A stretch of 64,000 bases of DNA from Bdellovibrionales bacterium (lineage in GTDB: Bacteria; Bdellovibrionota_G; JALEGL01; JAGRMV01): positions 3,763 through 67,762 of the forward strand of contig JAGRAZ010000001.1 of assembly GCA_020434345.1 (NCBI GenBank), written 5' to 3'. The position numbers and the translations under genes were made by a program. This document shows positions 1 through 10,261 of this stretch, piece after piece (position 1 is the stretch's first letter; every line of letters begins with the position of its first letter). The notes beneath the pieces are model-generated. The model did no database searches, was not told the DNA's origin, and worked only from the letters and a program-made list of their open reading frames with translations.

Positions 1-1380
1 ACTTTCAGGAAGGCTTTTTACCCAAGAGACTAACGTTTCATGTGGAGTTGTTTCTACCCATTTGTATGAAAGCAAAAACAATGTCGAAGAATCAACATTT
101 GGTTTCTTTTCGAAATAATCTTTTGCTGAAATTTTTTGAAACACACTTTGGATATCTGAAAATTCGTTTTCCCCTTCATGATAAGAAAAAATACTTTTCT
201 GTGATTGATGAAATGCACGACGAAGTCGAAGAGAAAGAACTGGATGATCACTTTCAAGCTTTTCACCCAACACGGCAATGCTTTGGGCTTGGTCAAACGA
301 TTGCCCAAAAGTCAAAGAAGTAGATGGCAGTAAAGAGCGAAACGCTAGAAGTCGTGAAGAAAATGGTGCATAGACAGTTGCATTTGAATAATTGGCTAGC
401 TTTTTTGTAATATAAATTTCTTCATTGGTTGCAGACTGGTCCAAAACAAATGCCGGAGCTTTTGCGCTTTTTATGGTTTCAAATAACTTTTCAAAGACAT
501 CGGTCGCAACACGTTTATCAACTGGTTCTATTAATCTATCGCCTTCAGCGGGTAAATCATGAATACTGAATCGTCCTTTGTCACACAACCACCACTGATT
601 GACATCATGATTGACCCTTGGAGTTAAACGCAGTACTTCACCTGTTTTTTCTTTTCTCCAAGCTTGCATGTTGCAACCTACGCTACAACCTCCACAAACT
701 GTATCGACTGTACGCATCTCCCATGGACGCGCCTTAAAGCGGTATTCCAGTGTAGTAAGTGCACCCACAGGACAGAAATCTGCATAGTTCCCTGTAAAAC
801 CACTTGTAAGCGGTTGGTTGTCAGGCACATCAATTTCGTTGTGTGATCCACGATTGCGAATTGTAAGTTCTTCTTTACCAATAAAGTCACTGCCAAAGCG
901 TACACATCGATTACAAAGCACACATCTCTCTTTGTCTAGAATGATGTGATCACCAATAATTTTATGTTTATCTTTTTGCTCTTTTGCAAAATCAAAGCGA
1001 GATTCTGTTTGGTGTGCATCAATTGTATAATTCTGCAGAGGACATTCTCCACCCTTGTCACAAAACGGACAATCAAGCGGATGATTTAAAAGAAAAAATT
1101 CTAGCACATGTTTTCGTGCATCTTTGGCTACTTCTGATTGGGTTTGAATATCAAGACCCTCTTTAACTGTCATGGTACATGAAGTTGCCATTTTGGGTTG
1201 ACCTGTAACTTCTACCAAACACAACCTACAACTACCTTCTGGACCAATCCCCGGATGATAACAAAAATGAGGAATTTCAGTTTTTATATCTTCCATCAAC
1301 GCTTGAAGTAAATTTTTTCCTTCAGGAAGCATGACTTCCTGACCATTGACTTTCATTTTAACTAAGTTTGGTGTTGTCAT
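1..1380 (-). CDS. nuoG: NADH-quinone oxidoreductase subunit G (NuoG). Partial: N-terminal ~460 aa, 3' end runs off the window start.
   Basis: Hand translation from ATG at 1380-1378, which overlaps the TGA of the upstream gene as ATGA. It gives [58 protein letters not shown]...[20 protein letters not shown]...[10 protein letters not shown], the 2Fe-2S and 4Fe-4S cysteine motifs of NuoG/75 kDa subunit. The frame is open to position 1. It is absent from the ORF track because no stop falls in the window. Confidence 0.8.
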   Translation of the reverse strand, partial: MTTPNLVKMKVNGQEVMLPEGKNLLQALMEDIKTEIPHFCYHPGIGPEGSCRLCLVEVTGQPKMATSCTMTVKEGLDIQTQSEVAKDARKHVLEFFLLNHPLDCPFCDKGGECPLQNYTIDAHQTESRFDFAKEQKDKHKIIGDHIILDKERCVLCNRCVRFGSDFIGKEELTIRNRGSHNEIDVPDNQPLTSGFTGNYADFCPVGALTTLEYRFKARPWEMRTVDTVCGGCSVGCNMQAWRKEKTGEVLRLTPRVNHDVNQWWLCDKGRFSIHDLPAEGDRLIEPVDKRVATDVFEKLFETIKSAKAPAFVLDQSATNEEIYITKKLANYSNATVYAPFSSRLLAFRSLLPSTSLTFGQSFDQAQSIAVLGEKLESDHPVLSLRLRRAFHQSQKSIFSYHEGENEFSDIQSVFQKISAKDYFEKKPNVDSSTLFLLSYKWVETTPHETLVSWVKSLPES

Positions 1381-3140
1381 CGATCACATTCTCCCATGAC
1401 AGGGTCTATACTTGAGATTGCTGTCACTACATCTGCAATTTTGTACCCGGGTAAAATTTCAGGCAACACTTGAATATTGGTAAATGAAGGAGACTTAATA
1501 CGCATGCGATATGCATTCGGCCCACCATCTGAAACAATGTAAAATCCAAGTTCTCCTTTGGGAGACTCGATGCTGCTATAGCTATCCCCAACAGGTGGAT
1601 GAAATCCTTCACTTATAATTTTAAAATGATTGATGAGTTCTTCCATGTTTTCATACACTTTTTGTTGTGAAGGAAGCACAACGCCGGGTACCTCTGCCTG
1701 AATAGGCCCTTGTGGAACTTGGGCAAGTGCTTGACGAAGAATTTTAATCGATTCACGGATTTCCATCACACGAATCATATAACGGTCGTATGCATCTCCA
1801 CATGTTCCAACAGGAATATCAAAATCAAATCGATCGTACACTAGGTATGGATGTTCTTTTCGAATGTCATATGAATCACCTGTTGCGCGCAAAATAGGGC
1901 CTGTTAATCCATATTGCTGACACAAATGTTTATCGATGACTAAGATATCTTTGGTACGATCTACCCAAATAGGATTTTTATTGAGAAGTCTTTCAACATC
2001 ATCAATGACAGGCTCAAGATCACGCAATACTTTCTCTACGCTTTCATTCCACATTTCTGGAAGGTCTCTTGCCAAACCACCAATACGTGTATAACTGGTT
2101 GTCATGCGCGTTCCAGTCAGCGCTTCATGTAAGTTATAAATCATTTCACGTTGTTGGAATGTGTGAAAGAAAATGGTCATGGCACCCAAATCCATGGCAA
2201 AAGTGCCAAGACTTAGAAGGTGTCCTGAAATACGAGAAAGTTCACAACACATAACACGAATGTATTTTGCTCTTTCAGTGATCTCTATACCCATGAGTTT
2301 TTCTACAGCTTGTGCGTACGCGACATTGTTTGAAAGCGGTGCAAGGTAATCCAAACGATCTGTATACGTGATGTATTGATGATACGTTCGATACTCACCT
2401 AGTTTTTCAAATCCACGATGCAAATAACCAACATGCGGATAGGCTTTAACAATATCTTCGCCATCAATTTCTAAAACAAGTCGTAGCACTCCATGTGTGC
2501 TAGGGTGCTGAGGTCCCATGTTCAGCATCATGGTTCGTTCTTGTGTCGGTTTTTCCTCTGTGGGTACAGGTTGCAATTTTTGATCTGGCGCATAAGTAAG
2601 CGCACGCGAAACAGGAAAAATTTTACCAGACTCTTGAGCCTTCTTTTGAATTTGCATCAATGCCCATAACAAACCTTCGGGACGAGGTGGACAACCGGGA
2701 ACATACACATCCACTGGCACAATGTGATCAAGTCCTTGTACAACAGGATACGAATCAAACATTCCTCCTGTCGTTAAGCACGCACCCATTGCAATGACCC
2801 ATTTTGGTTCTGGCATCTGGTCGTAGACACGTCGAACTACAGGTGCCATTTTGTGGGTTAATGTGCCTGCGACAATCATCAAGTCTGCTTGTCGTGGAGA
2901 AAATCGAAAAACTTCTGCACCAAATCGTGCAATATCAAAACGAGATCCAGCAACCGCCATCATTTCGATCGCACAACATGAAATACCCATGGGCATCGGC
3001 CACAAAGAATGCTTCCGCGCCATATTGATCATGTGCGAAAGACTGGTGGTAATAAGTTCAACACCCCCTTCTTGCGCTTTAGACGCTTTGGAAGGATCGG
3101 GTTGAGAAAGGTTCTGATGATTCGGTAATGCGCTCCCCAT
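1377..3140 (-). CDS. nuoBD: Fused NADH-quinone oxidoreductase subunits B and D (NuoB domain ~1-185, NuoD domain ~200-587). No NuoC domain.
   Basis: The N-terminal half carries the NuoB signature [10 protein letters not shown]...[11 protein letters not shown]. The C-terminal part carries NuoD signatures [25 protein letters not shown] and a C-terminal ...DPVMGECDR. It is one continuous 587-aa ORF. Confidence 0.9.
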   Translation of the reverse strand: MGSALPNHQNLSQPDPSKASKAQEGGVELITTSLSHMINMARKHSLWPMPMGISCCAIEMMAVAGSRFDIARFGAEVFRFSPRQADLMIVAGTLTHKMAPVVRRVYDQMPEPKWVIAMGACLTTGGMFDSYPVVQGLDHIVPVDVYVPGCPPRPEGLLWALMQIQKKAQESGKIFPVSRALTYAPDQKLQPVPTEEKPTQERTMMLNMGPQHPSTHGVLRLVLEIDGEDIVKAYPHVGYLHRGFEKLGEYRTYHQYITYTDRLDYLAPLSNNVAYAQAVEKLMGIEITERAKYIRVMCCELSRISGHLLSLGTFAMDLGAMTIFFHTFQQREMIYNLHEALTGTRMTTSYTRIGGLARDLPEMWNESVEKVLRDLEPVIDDVERLLNKNPIWVDRTKDILVIDKHLCQQYGLTGPILRATGDSYDIRKEHPYLVYDRFDFDIPVGTCGDAYDRYMIRVMEIRESIKILRQALAQVPQGPIQAEVPGVVLPSQQKVYENMEELINHFKIISEGFHPPVGDSYSSIESPKGELGFYIVSDGGPNAYRMRIKSPSFTNIQVLPEILPGYKIADVVTAISSIDPVMGECDR

Positions 3141-3222
3141 ATTCGCGGGCCAACATACTTGATTTATTGCGTTTAGACAAACTCTTGCAGGGATTATTGA
3201 ACACTTGTAAGTAGGTTATTTT

Positions 3223-3654
3223 TCAATAGGAATACATGAGCGTTTTATCGCTTTGTGTCGAATCCAATTGATACATTACACCAGTAGAGCCGATCACTCC
3301 CTGTGGTTCATGCCATATCTCATCTACATGAGGAATGGCAACACCACAAACATTGGCTTTTTGAGCCATTTGAGGCAAAAATTGAAGTTTGGGCAGAAAA
3401 AACTCATGCGTTATAAACAGCGCCCCTACTTCATGCTTTAGTTCAGATAATCTAGCACAAGTATTTAAATTTACTTGTGTAATTACTATAATAATTCTCT
3501 GGTTTTCTAATAAAGAAAGCTCTTTAGCACAAAAAAAACCCGGATCCGTAACGACTGTGGTTTTAGTGTCCGTGTTCCTGTACATCACTGTTTTATGCCC
3601 TGCTTTTGGGTGAATTTGCGTAACTTTTTGGATGTTTGGCTTGCCTATTGACAT
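3223..3654 (-). CDS. Hypothetical cytoplasmic protein, function unknown. The likely start is the internal M of MSIGKPNIQK, because a TATAAT box lies inside the longer N-terminal extension.
   Basis: ORF 3223..3732 in the track. No recognisable family. A TATAAT sits about 17 nt upstream of the internal ATG. Confidence 0.35.
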   Translation of the reverse strand: MSIGKPNIQKVTQIHPKAGHKTVMYRNTDTKTTVVTDPGFFCAKELSLLENQRIIIVITQVNLNTCARLSELKHEVGALFITHEFFLPKLQFLPQMAQKANVCGVAIPHVDEIWHEPQGVIGSTGVMYQLDSTQSDKTLMYSY

Positions 3655-3686
3655 ATTGCGTTGTTTTGTATTATAAGTATCGAACC

Positions 3687-4913
3687 ATGAACCGTGCATA
3701 CATATATATCGCATTCCTGATGACATTACCACTGCTTGGTTTTACAGTTGGATGCTCTTCTCCAGAATCACCTCAGGTCAAAGTAGAAAAGAAGGACCAA
3801 AAAGGTACAGACGGTGAAGAAGAACCATCAGAAACCATCTCAGCCAAAGAAATTCAAAAAGAAGACATCACCGTCACCACTACACTCTCAAGTGAAGGTA
3901 AAGAAGACCAAACGGAGGTTACTTTTGATATTGCACTGGCAAAATCGGTCAAAGAACCAAATTATCAAATTCGTCTTACGCCTCAACAAGCAGAAGATGC
4001 AGAAACAAAGGTAGCTGCACTAGAACTTTCTCCTAGCGCAGAAGCTTCTCAAAAACAAACAATGCCTTTGCTTCCTGAAAAAATGACATACAAAATTGAA
4101 GTTAAGGTTACTGATGGAGACAAAAACGAGAGCCAGTGGATTGAGGCTGGTACAGTTGAAGTACCGAGTCTTGATGATCCAACACCAGAACCCATTCAAA
4201 AATCAGCTCTTTCTCAACTCACACAAGAACAACTTCAAGCTACTTTTGTACAAAAAGAAGTGTCTGATGAGATGACACAACTTGAAGTTGCTATTGCTAT
4301 CAGTGTTGAACTTGAAAAGCCTGTGTTTGAAATTGAACTCTTGAACAAAGAAAATGAAGAGCAAATTTCTTCAACAAGCACACCTGATTTAACTGCGTAC
4401 CTTGATATTCCTAAAATTACAAAGGACACACTGTGTATCGTGAAAATCACAATTTCTAATGAAGATCATTCTGAAACAAGTTCAACTTTTGAATTTGAAA
4501 CAACACTTTTAGCTCAAAAAGAAGAACCTGTTGTAACAACACCACTTGATGTAACTTCGATGAATGCACAAAACATCAAAGTCATAAAAACTATTGTTCC
4601 AAGTCCAAATGAAACCAGAGCAAAATATAATTTACACTTCCTTCATGTAGGTGAAGACCAACAAGAAACGGAACTCAAAGACTTTGTCTTTGCCGTACGC
4701 TTGGTGGATCACGAAACGCAAGAAATCATTCTTGAACAAGAAGAGAACGAACACGTAGATCTTGATCTTCTACGCCAAGATCATGCATGTGATTTAGACC
4801 TTATCTTGATTATCAAATCAGAAAATGCACAAAGTGAAGAAATCGCTTTCCCGTCCGAAATTAAGGTCGTTGCAGCCCCTACTACAGAAGAAGCACAAGA
4901 CGTTACTTTATAA
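3687..4913 (+). CDS. Acidic Glu/Thr/Gln-rich low-complexity lipoprotein, unknown function.
   Basis: Internal start MNRAYIYIAFLMTLPLLGFTVGCSS is a signal peptide with a lipobox-like Cys. The rest is highly acidic and repetitive. Confidence 0.5.
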   Translation: MNRAYIYIAFLMTLPLLGFTVGCSSPESPQVKVEKKDQKGTDGEEEPSETISAKEIQKEDITVTTTLSSEGKEDQTEVTFDIALAKSVKEPNYQIRLTPQQAEDAETKVAALELSPSAEASQKQTMPLLPEKMTYKIEVKVTDGDKNESQWIEAGTVEVPSLDDPTPEPIQKSALSQLTQEQLQATFVQKEVSDEMTQLEVAIAISVELEKPVFEIELLNKENEEQISSTSTPDLTAYLDIPKITKDTLCIVKITISNEDHSETSSTFEFETTLLAQKEEPVVTTPLDVTSMNAQNIKVIKTIVPSPNETRAKYNLHFLHVGEDQQETELKDFVFAVRLVDHETQEIILEQEENEHVDLDLLRQDHACDLDLILIIKSENAQSEEIAFPSEIKVVAAPTTEEAQDVTL

Positions 4914-4961
4914 AAGTCAAAACTCGCTTTTACCTTCAAGGTACGTTACAAATCATTTCTT

Positions 4962-5990
4962 GTGAAAGCGATTATCTACGACAAACTTGGTGGACCAGAA
5001 GTTCTTCAATACAAAGAAGTTGAAGCTCCTACAAAAAATGACGTCACCATCAAACTAGCCTTTGCAAGCATCAACCATACTGACATTCATTTTCGAAGAG
5101 GCTTGCCTGGGATGAAATCCCCTCTTCCACATATTCCCGGATGTGACGGTGCAGGTATTGTAGAAGAAGTTTCTTCTACAAGTACAGAGTTGCAAGTAGG
5201 AGACCGCGTTGCAATCAACCCCACCATCTACTGTTACAATTGTGAATTTTGCAAGCGTGGTGATTTGTACTTATGCAAAAATGAAAAGCTTGTAGGACGC
5301 GAAATTAGTGGAACCTATGCAGAATATATTTCTGTGCCCAAAGACAATGTCATTAAACTTCCCAAAAATTTCGATTTGCAAATTGCAGCCGCAAGCCCAC
5401 TTGTTTATCAAACCGCGTACGCGATGGTCGTAACCAAAGGCAAGCTTGAACAAAACCAAACCGTTTTAGTGATGGGTGCCGGAAGTGGTGTCGGCATGGC
5501 CGCCATTCAAATTGCAAAACATATAGGTGCTACTGTTATTACAACAGCGAGCACAGAAGATAAATGTGCCAAAGCGTTAGATGCTTTACATGCCGATCAT
5601 GTCATCCAGTACACAAAAGAAAATCTTAAAGAGCATGTTAAAGCGTTGACTGAAAAACAAGGTGTTGATGTAATCATTGACCATGTGGGTGGCAGCCAGT
5701 GGACTGATCTGCTCACGCTTCTTAAAAATGGTGGAAAACTTGTAACCTGTGGTGCTACCGCTGGATACAACCCCACAATTGATCTTCGCCATGTGTTTTT
5801 TCGGCAGTTACAAATTTTGGGTTCTACCATGGCCAGCCCCGAGGATATGCAAAAGGTCATGAATCTCATTTTTGAAAACAAAATTACACCTCATATCGAT
5901 CAAGTGTTTCCACTTGCGCAAGTCTACCAAGCCCATCAGCATATCGAAGACAGGCGAGTGTTTGGCAAAGTGCTCCTTGCGATTTCATAG
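4962..5990 (+). CDS. Zinc-binding dehydrogenase of the MDR superfamily (NADPH:quinone reductase / alcohol dehydrogenase-like).
   Basis: MKAIIYDKLGGPEVLQYKEVEAPTKNDVTIKLAFASINHTDIHFRRG...GAGSGVGMAAIQIAK is the Rossmann nucleotide-binding GxGxxG motif. Length 342 aa. Confidence 0.8.
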   Translation: MKAIIYDKLGGPEVLQYKEVEAPTKNDVTIKLAFASINHTDIHFRRGLPGMKSPLPHIPGCDGAGIVEEVSSTSTELQVGDRVAINPTIYCYNCEFCKRGDLYLCKNEKLVGREISGTYAEYISVPKDNVIKLPKNFDLQIAAASPLVYQTAYAMVVTKGKLEQNQTVLVMGAGSGVGMAAIQIAKHIGATVITTASTEDKCAKALDALHADHVIQYTKENLKEHVKALTEKQGVDVIIDHVGGSQWTDLLTLLKNGGKLVTCGATAGYNPTIDLRHVFFRQLQILGSTMASPEDMQKVMNLIFENKITPHIDQVFPLAQVYQAHQHIEDRRVFGKVLLAIS

Positions 5991-6112
5991 CTTCAGACTT
6001 GAATAACCCTTTATAATTGCTACTGTTTTCATAAAGTTTTCTTGACCCTTGGAAAACATGGATTGTTCGGAGTATAATAGATGCACTGCATTTTAAAGGG
6101 AGATTTGTAATT

Positions 6113-7315
6113 TTGCGCAGTTCTACAATTCAAAAGGGGCTTATTCTTTTGTTGTTTTGTGTGTCATGTACCCAAAATACAACAATCGATAACCAAGAAG
6201 GCGAAAACATCTATGTCAATCCTGATGCCTTGTCATTTAGTAATGAACATCGTGCCAAAATGTTGCGGATAACCTATCTTAATCTTGGATATACGTTTCC
6301 AGCAGATGAAGACATGAAAGAAATACTCGAAGCAGCCGATGAAGATGCTGCTCAACTTGCATACGAAGAAGCCATCGATACACTTTTAGAATCTGGAGTA
6401 ATGCATACACGTATGCTTGATTATTTTTTAAAAATGCTTGGCGTTGGCAATAAATACAGTGGAACAGCTCAAGCACGTTATCCTGCAAACTTAGGTGCCT
6501 ACGTTTTTATCAATAATCTTGCAATTGATGAGTTTTTAACGGCTGATTATGCAATCGATGATAACCAAAACGTGGTTTCACAAACCTATGCAGGTGGCCC
6601 ACCAACTTCGGATCAGGCTGGATATATCACCATGGAAGCCTATACGCAGAAATACATGAACACACGTTTCATGATGAAAATGATTCGTGAAATCTTTGGA
6701 TTAAACTTAAATGCCAAAGCACCATTTGCAGGTGTAACAATGTATCGTTGGGATGAAAATACAATTAACCCAAAATATACAGAACAACCAGATAACGAAA
6801 CAAGATGCATAGCTTGCCATGCTGCAATGAACCCTGCTCGCGGTGCTTTTCATCGTTACATGGGTGCGTACAATACTTACACTACCTCCCCTACACAAAG
6901 CACAAATCAGTATGGACAAGAAGACGATAGCGGCGGTGGATCCTTTGTACTTGAACCCCTTTCCGGAGGGTCTGCACTCTCTGTTTCACAAGCTGCACAA
7001 TACTATAAGATTGAAGAGGATGGTATTGAACTCCATACCCCAAAAGATTTGGCCAATGCACTCATTGTCCACCCAAATTTTTCCAAAGCTTGGACTGAGC
7101 GCTTTCTCACCATCATGTTAAATATTGACGAGGGTTCGCCCGGACAAGGCAATGTTGTGCCCAATCATTTCTCTTCCAATGAAGCAGAAGAATTGTTTTT
7201 GGAACATTGGGCAGAAGTTTTTGAATCTGTTGGACGAAAACCCAATGCATTTTTCAAAGCGTTTTTAAAAAGCAAAACTTATTTGGTGACTGGAGCCAAC
7301 CCTACGGATTCATAA
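6113..7315 (+). CDS. Secreted lipoprotein with a single CxxCH haem-binding motif followed by NP.RG.F. It resembles the Planctomycete-type DUF1588/DUF1592 cytochrome-like domain proteins.
   Basis: Signal plus lipobox LILLLFCVSCTQN. Motif NETRCIACHAAMNPARGAFHRYMG. TTG start with an AAGGGAG SD 9 nt upstream. Confidence 0.55.
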   Translation: MRSSTIQKGLILLLFCVSCTQNTTIDNQEGENIYVNPDALSFSNEHRAKMLRITYLNLGYTFPADEDMKEILEAADEDAAQLAYEEAIDTLLESGVMHTRMLDYFLKMLGVGNKYSGTAQARYPANLGAYVFINNLAIDEFLTADYAIDDNQNVVSQTYAGGPPTSDQAGYITMEAYTQKYMNTRFMMKMIREIFGLNLNAKAPFAGVTMYRWDENTINPKYTEQPDNETRCIACHAAMNPARGAFHRYMGAYNTYTTSPTQSTNQYGQEDDSGGGSFVLEPLSGGSALSVSQAAQYYKIEEDGIELHTPKDLANALIVHPNFSKAWTERFLTIMLNIDEGSPGQGNVVPNHFSSNEAEELFLEHWAEVFESVGRKPNAFFKAFLKSKTYLVTGANPTDS

Positions 7316-7851
7316 TGAAACACGTATTACAATATATTATTATTCTGATTGTCATTGCGGCTTTGAACGGATGTTCAAAATCATCGCTGGGTACAAAAAA
7401 CAACGGCGAAAACACCGACGTAGCATTTAACCCGACAGTCTCTGCAAGTTTAAATGCTCTTCACTACAATGCACATTACTATAGACTGGTTCATGATTTT
7501 GAACTTGATCCTGACACCTCATCAACCATTACCTACTTAGAAGCTAACAAACAAATCTTCGATACCAATGCGTACAGCTCACTGTATGCAACGAGTGTAT
7601 TCAATCTCTACTCTCAAGCATGCCGTGAAGTTGCAAATGATACAATTCTTTTTCCAGATGGCTCAACAATCGATTTTATCTGGAAAAAATTTACAGGCTT
7701 TGAACCTGACGAGGACGCCAAACAATTTGAAGCTGATTTACTTGCACAAACTGACGGGCAACCCAATGATGTAAAGAATTTTGCATTGTGCATGGGAACA
7801 GCGATCGATGCAAAATCTACTTTTACGAATTTTCAAACCACACAAGAGTAA
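7315..7851 (+). CDS. Small lipoprotein, unknown function, translationally coupled to the upstream gene.
   Basis: MKHVLQYIIILIVIAALNGCSKSS is a signal peptide with lipobox. The ATG overlaps the upstream stop as TAATG. Confidence 0.5.
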   Translation: MKHVLQYIIILIVIAALNGCSKSSLGTKNNGENTDVAFNPTVSASLNALHYNAHYYRLVHDFELDPDTSSTITYLEANKQIFDTNAYSSLYATSVFNLYSQACREVANDTILFPDGSTIDFIWKKFTGFEPDEDAKQFEADLLAQTDGQPNDVKNFALCMGTAIDAKSTFTNFQTTQE

Positions 7852-7858
7852 ATAAGAT

Positions 7859-9412
7859 ATGAAAAAGAAAGAAAAAACATACAAAGAACATCTTCATGAA
7901 GCAAGGCAACAAAAACAAGAATTGCCACTTCATAAAATGAACGATGTTTCACGAAGACAATTCATTCAAGGTGTAGGCTATTTTCTAACAGCATTATCTG
8001 TACCTTCACTTGTTCGTGTTGAAACTTTAAGCAAAATTTCAAAAAAGATTTTTGGGAACTCACTTGCGTTTGCGGCTGTTGGAGAATTTGAAACCAAACC
8101 TATCGTGATCAAACTTAACTTTCGTTCTGGCTACGCATACAGTCAATGGTTGATTGGGTGCTACAATGACAACGTCACAACAACGCCTGATCGAAATGTC
8201 CCATGGTCTTTTAATAATGTTGTTTCTGTACCTACTGCAACGGGTATTCCAACCATTATACCTCCTTCTAGTGCTGGACTTTTAAATAGTTATGCCAATG
8301 GCATTCAAAATTTTCTCACAATTGCAGGGCCTGGTGGGCACTTTCCTGAATTTAAAGGAAGTCATTATCCGACAAAAGGTGAGCTCACCACATGGAGAGC
8401 TGCAACTGAAATTAACTCGGGTTCAAATACTACACTAACGAGTCCCTTTGCCTTTGGCGATATTTCTTTGGTCGCGCTTCGAGATGTGCCTGCGTCACTC
8501 CAAGATTACGCACCTACGGTGTACACCAACATACAAAATGTTTATTCACAGTTTACGGCACCACAATTTCTTACCAACCAAGGCACCAATATTTCTAATA
8601 GCATTCAAGAAAATTTGTTTGCCGTTATGGCCAATAAATTTTCTGCTGATATAGAAAAGTCACTTTATAAAAAAGATGCGGATACACTTCGATCTGCAAA
8701 CACACAATCATTTCAAATATTAGCTACCAACTTTGCAGATGCACTCAACCCCAACCATCCTGATAATACAGCCACAATGGCAGCATTAACTGCAGGCCTA
8801 CCTGCGCAAATACGTTTGGATTGTCCTGTTTCACTACCACAAGCCATGTTTGTAGGTATTCAAGCTGCAAATTTGGGCATTACACCTCGTATTTTTGATC
8901 TCATCATTGATACGCAAGATTGGCATGAAACGGTCACACCACCGAGCAATTCATATACAACAGATCCACGATACCAAAGCGCAAGGTACTTGGCGCAATT
9001 GATTCGAAATGTATTTACTTTGCTTAATGATGGATCAACATGGCAAAATGCTATTACTTCAACCAATGAGGTAGCTAATGTGCTTTGTCTTTCAGAGTTT
9101 ACAAGAAGTGTTGGCTATGCACCTGCACCGTATGATCCAGACAATCCAGACAACTATACCAATGGTACATTGATCATTTCATCAGATAACGCCCAAAATG
9201 TTTTTAAGGCAGGAAGCTATGGTGGATATGCGACAAGCTACTATCCACTCCAAGTCTATAACCCCGGCACAGGCATGCATGCATCTCAATACAGCATTCC
9301 CAATTATCTGTACGGACTTACACACAATGCACAACTTTTGGGTGTGGACTTAGCAGATTTTGGAATTACAGATTCTGAAACCACCATTGGCCTTCCTTAC
9401 TTGTTTGTGTAA
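7859..9412 (+). CDS. Tat-signal secreted protein of unknown function (DUF1552/DUF1501-like partner of the upstream cytochrome-motif protein). The true start is probably the internal MNDVSRRQF.
   Basis: Twin-arginine motif SRRQFIQGVGYFLTALSVPSL followed by a hydrophobic stretch. Length 517 aa. Confidence 0.55.
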   Translation: MKKKEKTYKEHLHEARQQKQELPLHKMNDVSRRQFIQGVGYFLTALSVPSLVRVETLSKISKKIFGNSLAFAAVGEFETKPIVIKLNFRSGYAYSQWLIGCYNDNVTTTPDRNVPWSFNNVVSVPTATGIPTIIPPSSAGLLNSYANGIQNFLTIAGPGGHFPEFKGSHYPTKGELTTWRAATEINSGSNTTLTSPFAFGDISLVALRDVPASLQDYAPTVYTNIQNVYSQFTAPQFLTNQGTNISNSIQENLFAVMANKFSADIEKSLYKKDADTLRSANTQSFQILATNFADALNPNHPDNTATMAALTAGLPAQIRLDCPVSLPQAMFVGIQAANLGITPRIFDLIIDTQDWHETVTPPSNSYTTDPRYQSARYLAQLIRNVFTLLNDGSTWQNAITSTNEVANVLCLSEFTRSVGYAPAPYDPDNPDNYTNGTLIISSDNAQNVFKAGSYGGYATSYYPLQVYNPGTGMHASQYSIPNYLYGLTHNAQLLGVDLADFGITDSETTIGLPYLFV

Positions 9413-9500
9413 TTTTAGTTTTTTTTGCAATTGATCTTACGTATCTTATTGATATTATTTATTTATTTTGGATTGACGCCGCGCGGTTGATTGCACTACA

Positions 9501-10133
9501 ATGAGTGCAGGCAGTACTTTAATGGGGGCATTCAAAGAAATTCGTAATTTCAGCATGATCATTTGTTTGATCATAATGACTGGTTTTAATGCATTTGCAG
9601 ATGAGATCTCTGCTGATCTTTTATCAAAATCCCTTGAACTGCATCAAACATACGAATCCGATTCTAAAACAATTGCTATCATTGATTTACGTAAACCCTC
9701 TACAGAGAAGCGTCTTTGGGTTGTAGATGTCGATGCTCAAACAGTTGTTCTCAATACGCTTGTTGCACACGGTAGAAACAGTGGGGGAAACTATGCAACC
9801 TCATTTTCTAATACGGATGGATCTCATCAGACAAGCCTTGGTATGTATAAAGTTCTGGGATTGCATATGTCACCCAAACATGGACGTTCTCTTCTTTTAG
9901 AGGGGCTTGATCAAGGATTGAATCATCGCGCAAGGGCTCGTGAAATCATTATGCATGGCGCTTGGTATGTAAGCGATGCGTTTATTAAAGCCCATGGTCG
10001 ATTAGGCCGAAGCTTTGGTTGCCCTTCTGTGCCAAAAGATGAAATTGAACCCATGATTCGCCTTCTACCTAAGGGCTCTCTGCTCTACATCTACCACGCC
10101 CAGCTTGATGAAATAAGCACAAACCTGCCTTGA
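9501..10133 (+). CDS. L,D-transpeptidase catalytic-domain family protein (YafK/ErfK-like), secreted.
   Basis: Signal peptide MIICLIIMTGFNAFA. IIMHGAWYVSD...GRLGRSFGCPSVP resembles the His...S.GC catalytic motif of YkuD-fold L,D-transpeptidases. Confidence 0.5.
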   Translation: MSAGSTLMGAFKEIRNFSMIICLIIMTGFNAFADEISADLLSKSLELHQTYESDSKTIAIIDLRKPSTEKRLWVVDVDAQTVVLNTLVAHGRNSGGNYATSFSNTDGSHQTSLGMYKVLGLHMSPKHGRSLLLEGLDQGLNHRARAREIIMHGAWYVSDAFIKAHGRLGRSFGCPSVPKDEIEPMIRLLPKGSLLYIYHAQLDEISTNLP

Positions 10134-10261
10134 TTTTGCTCAAAGTAACGAAGGTTCCTACAATCAAAAAGAATGTAAAATTCGAATGATTTTGAATAAA
10201 AGTCTTGTCATAATGAAAGATGAAAACATAACCGTATGGGTACAAAAGGGACTTGGCAAAG

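Noticed and set aside
42-323. Plus-strand ORF of 93 aa.
   Set aside because: It is antisense to the open nuoG reading frame and has no recognisable features.
5991-6112. A sigma70 promoter using ttgacc...tataat upstream of the CxxCH lipoprotein gene.
   Set aside because: The spacing between the TTGACC and TATAAT hexamers is about 25 nt, too long for a canonical promoter.
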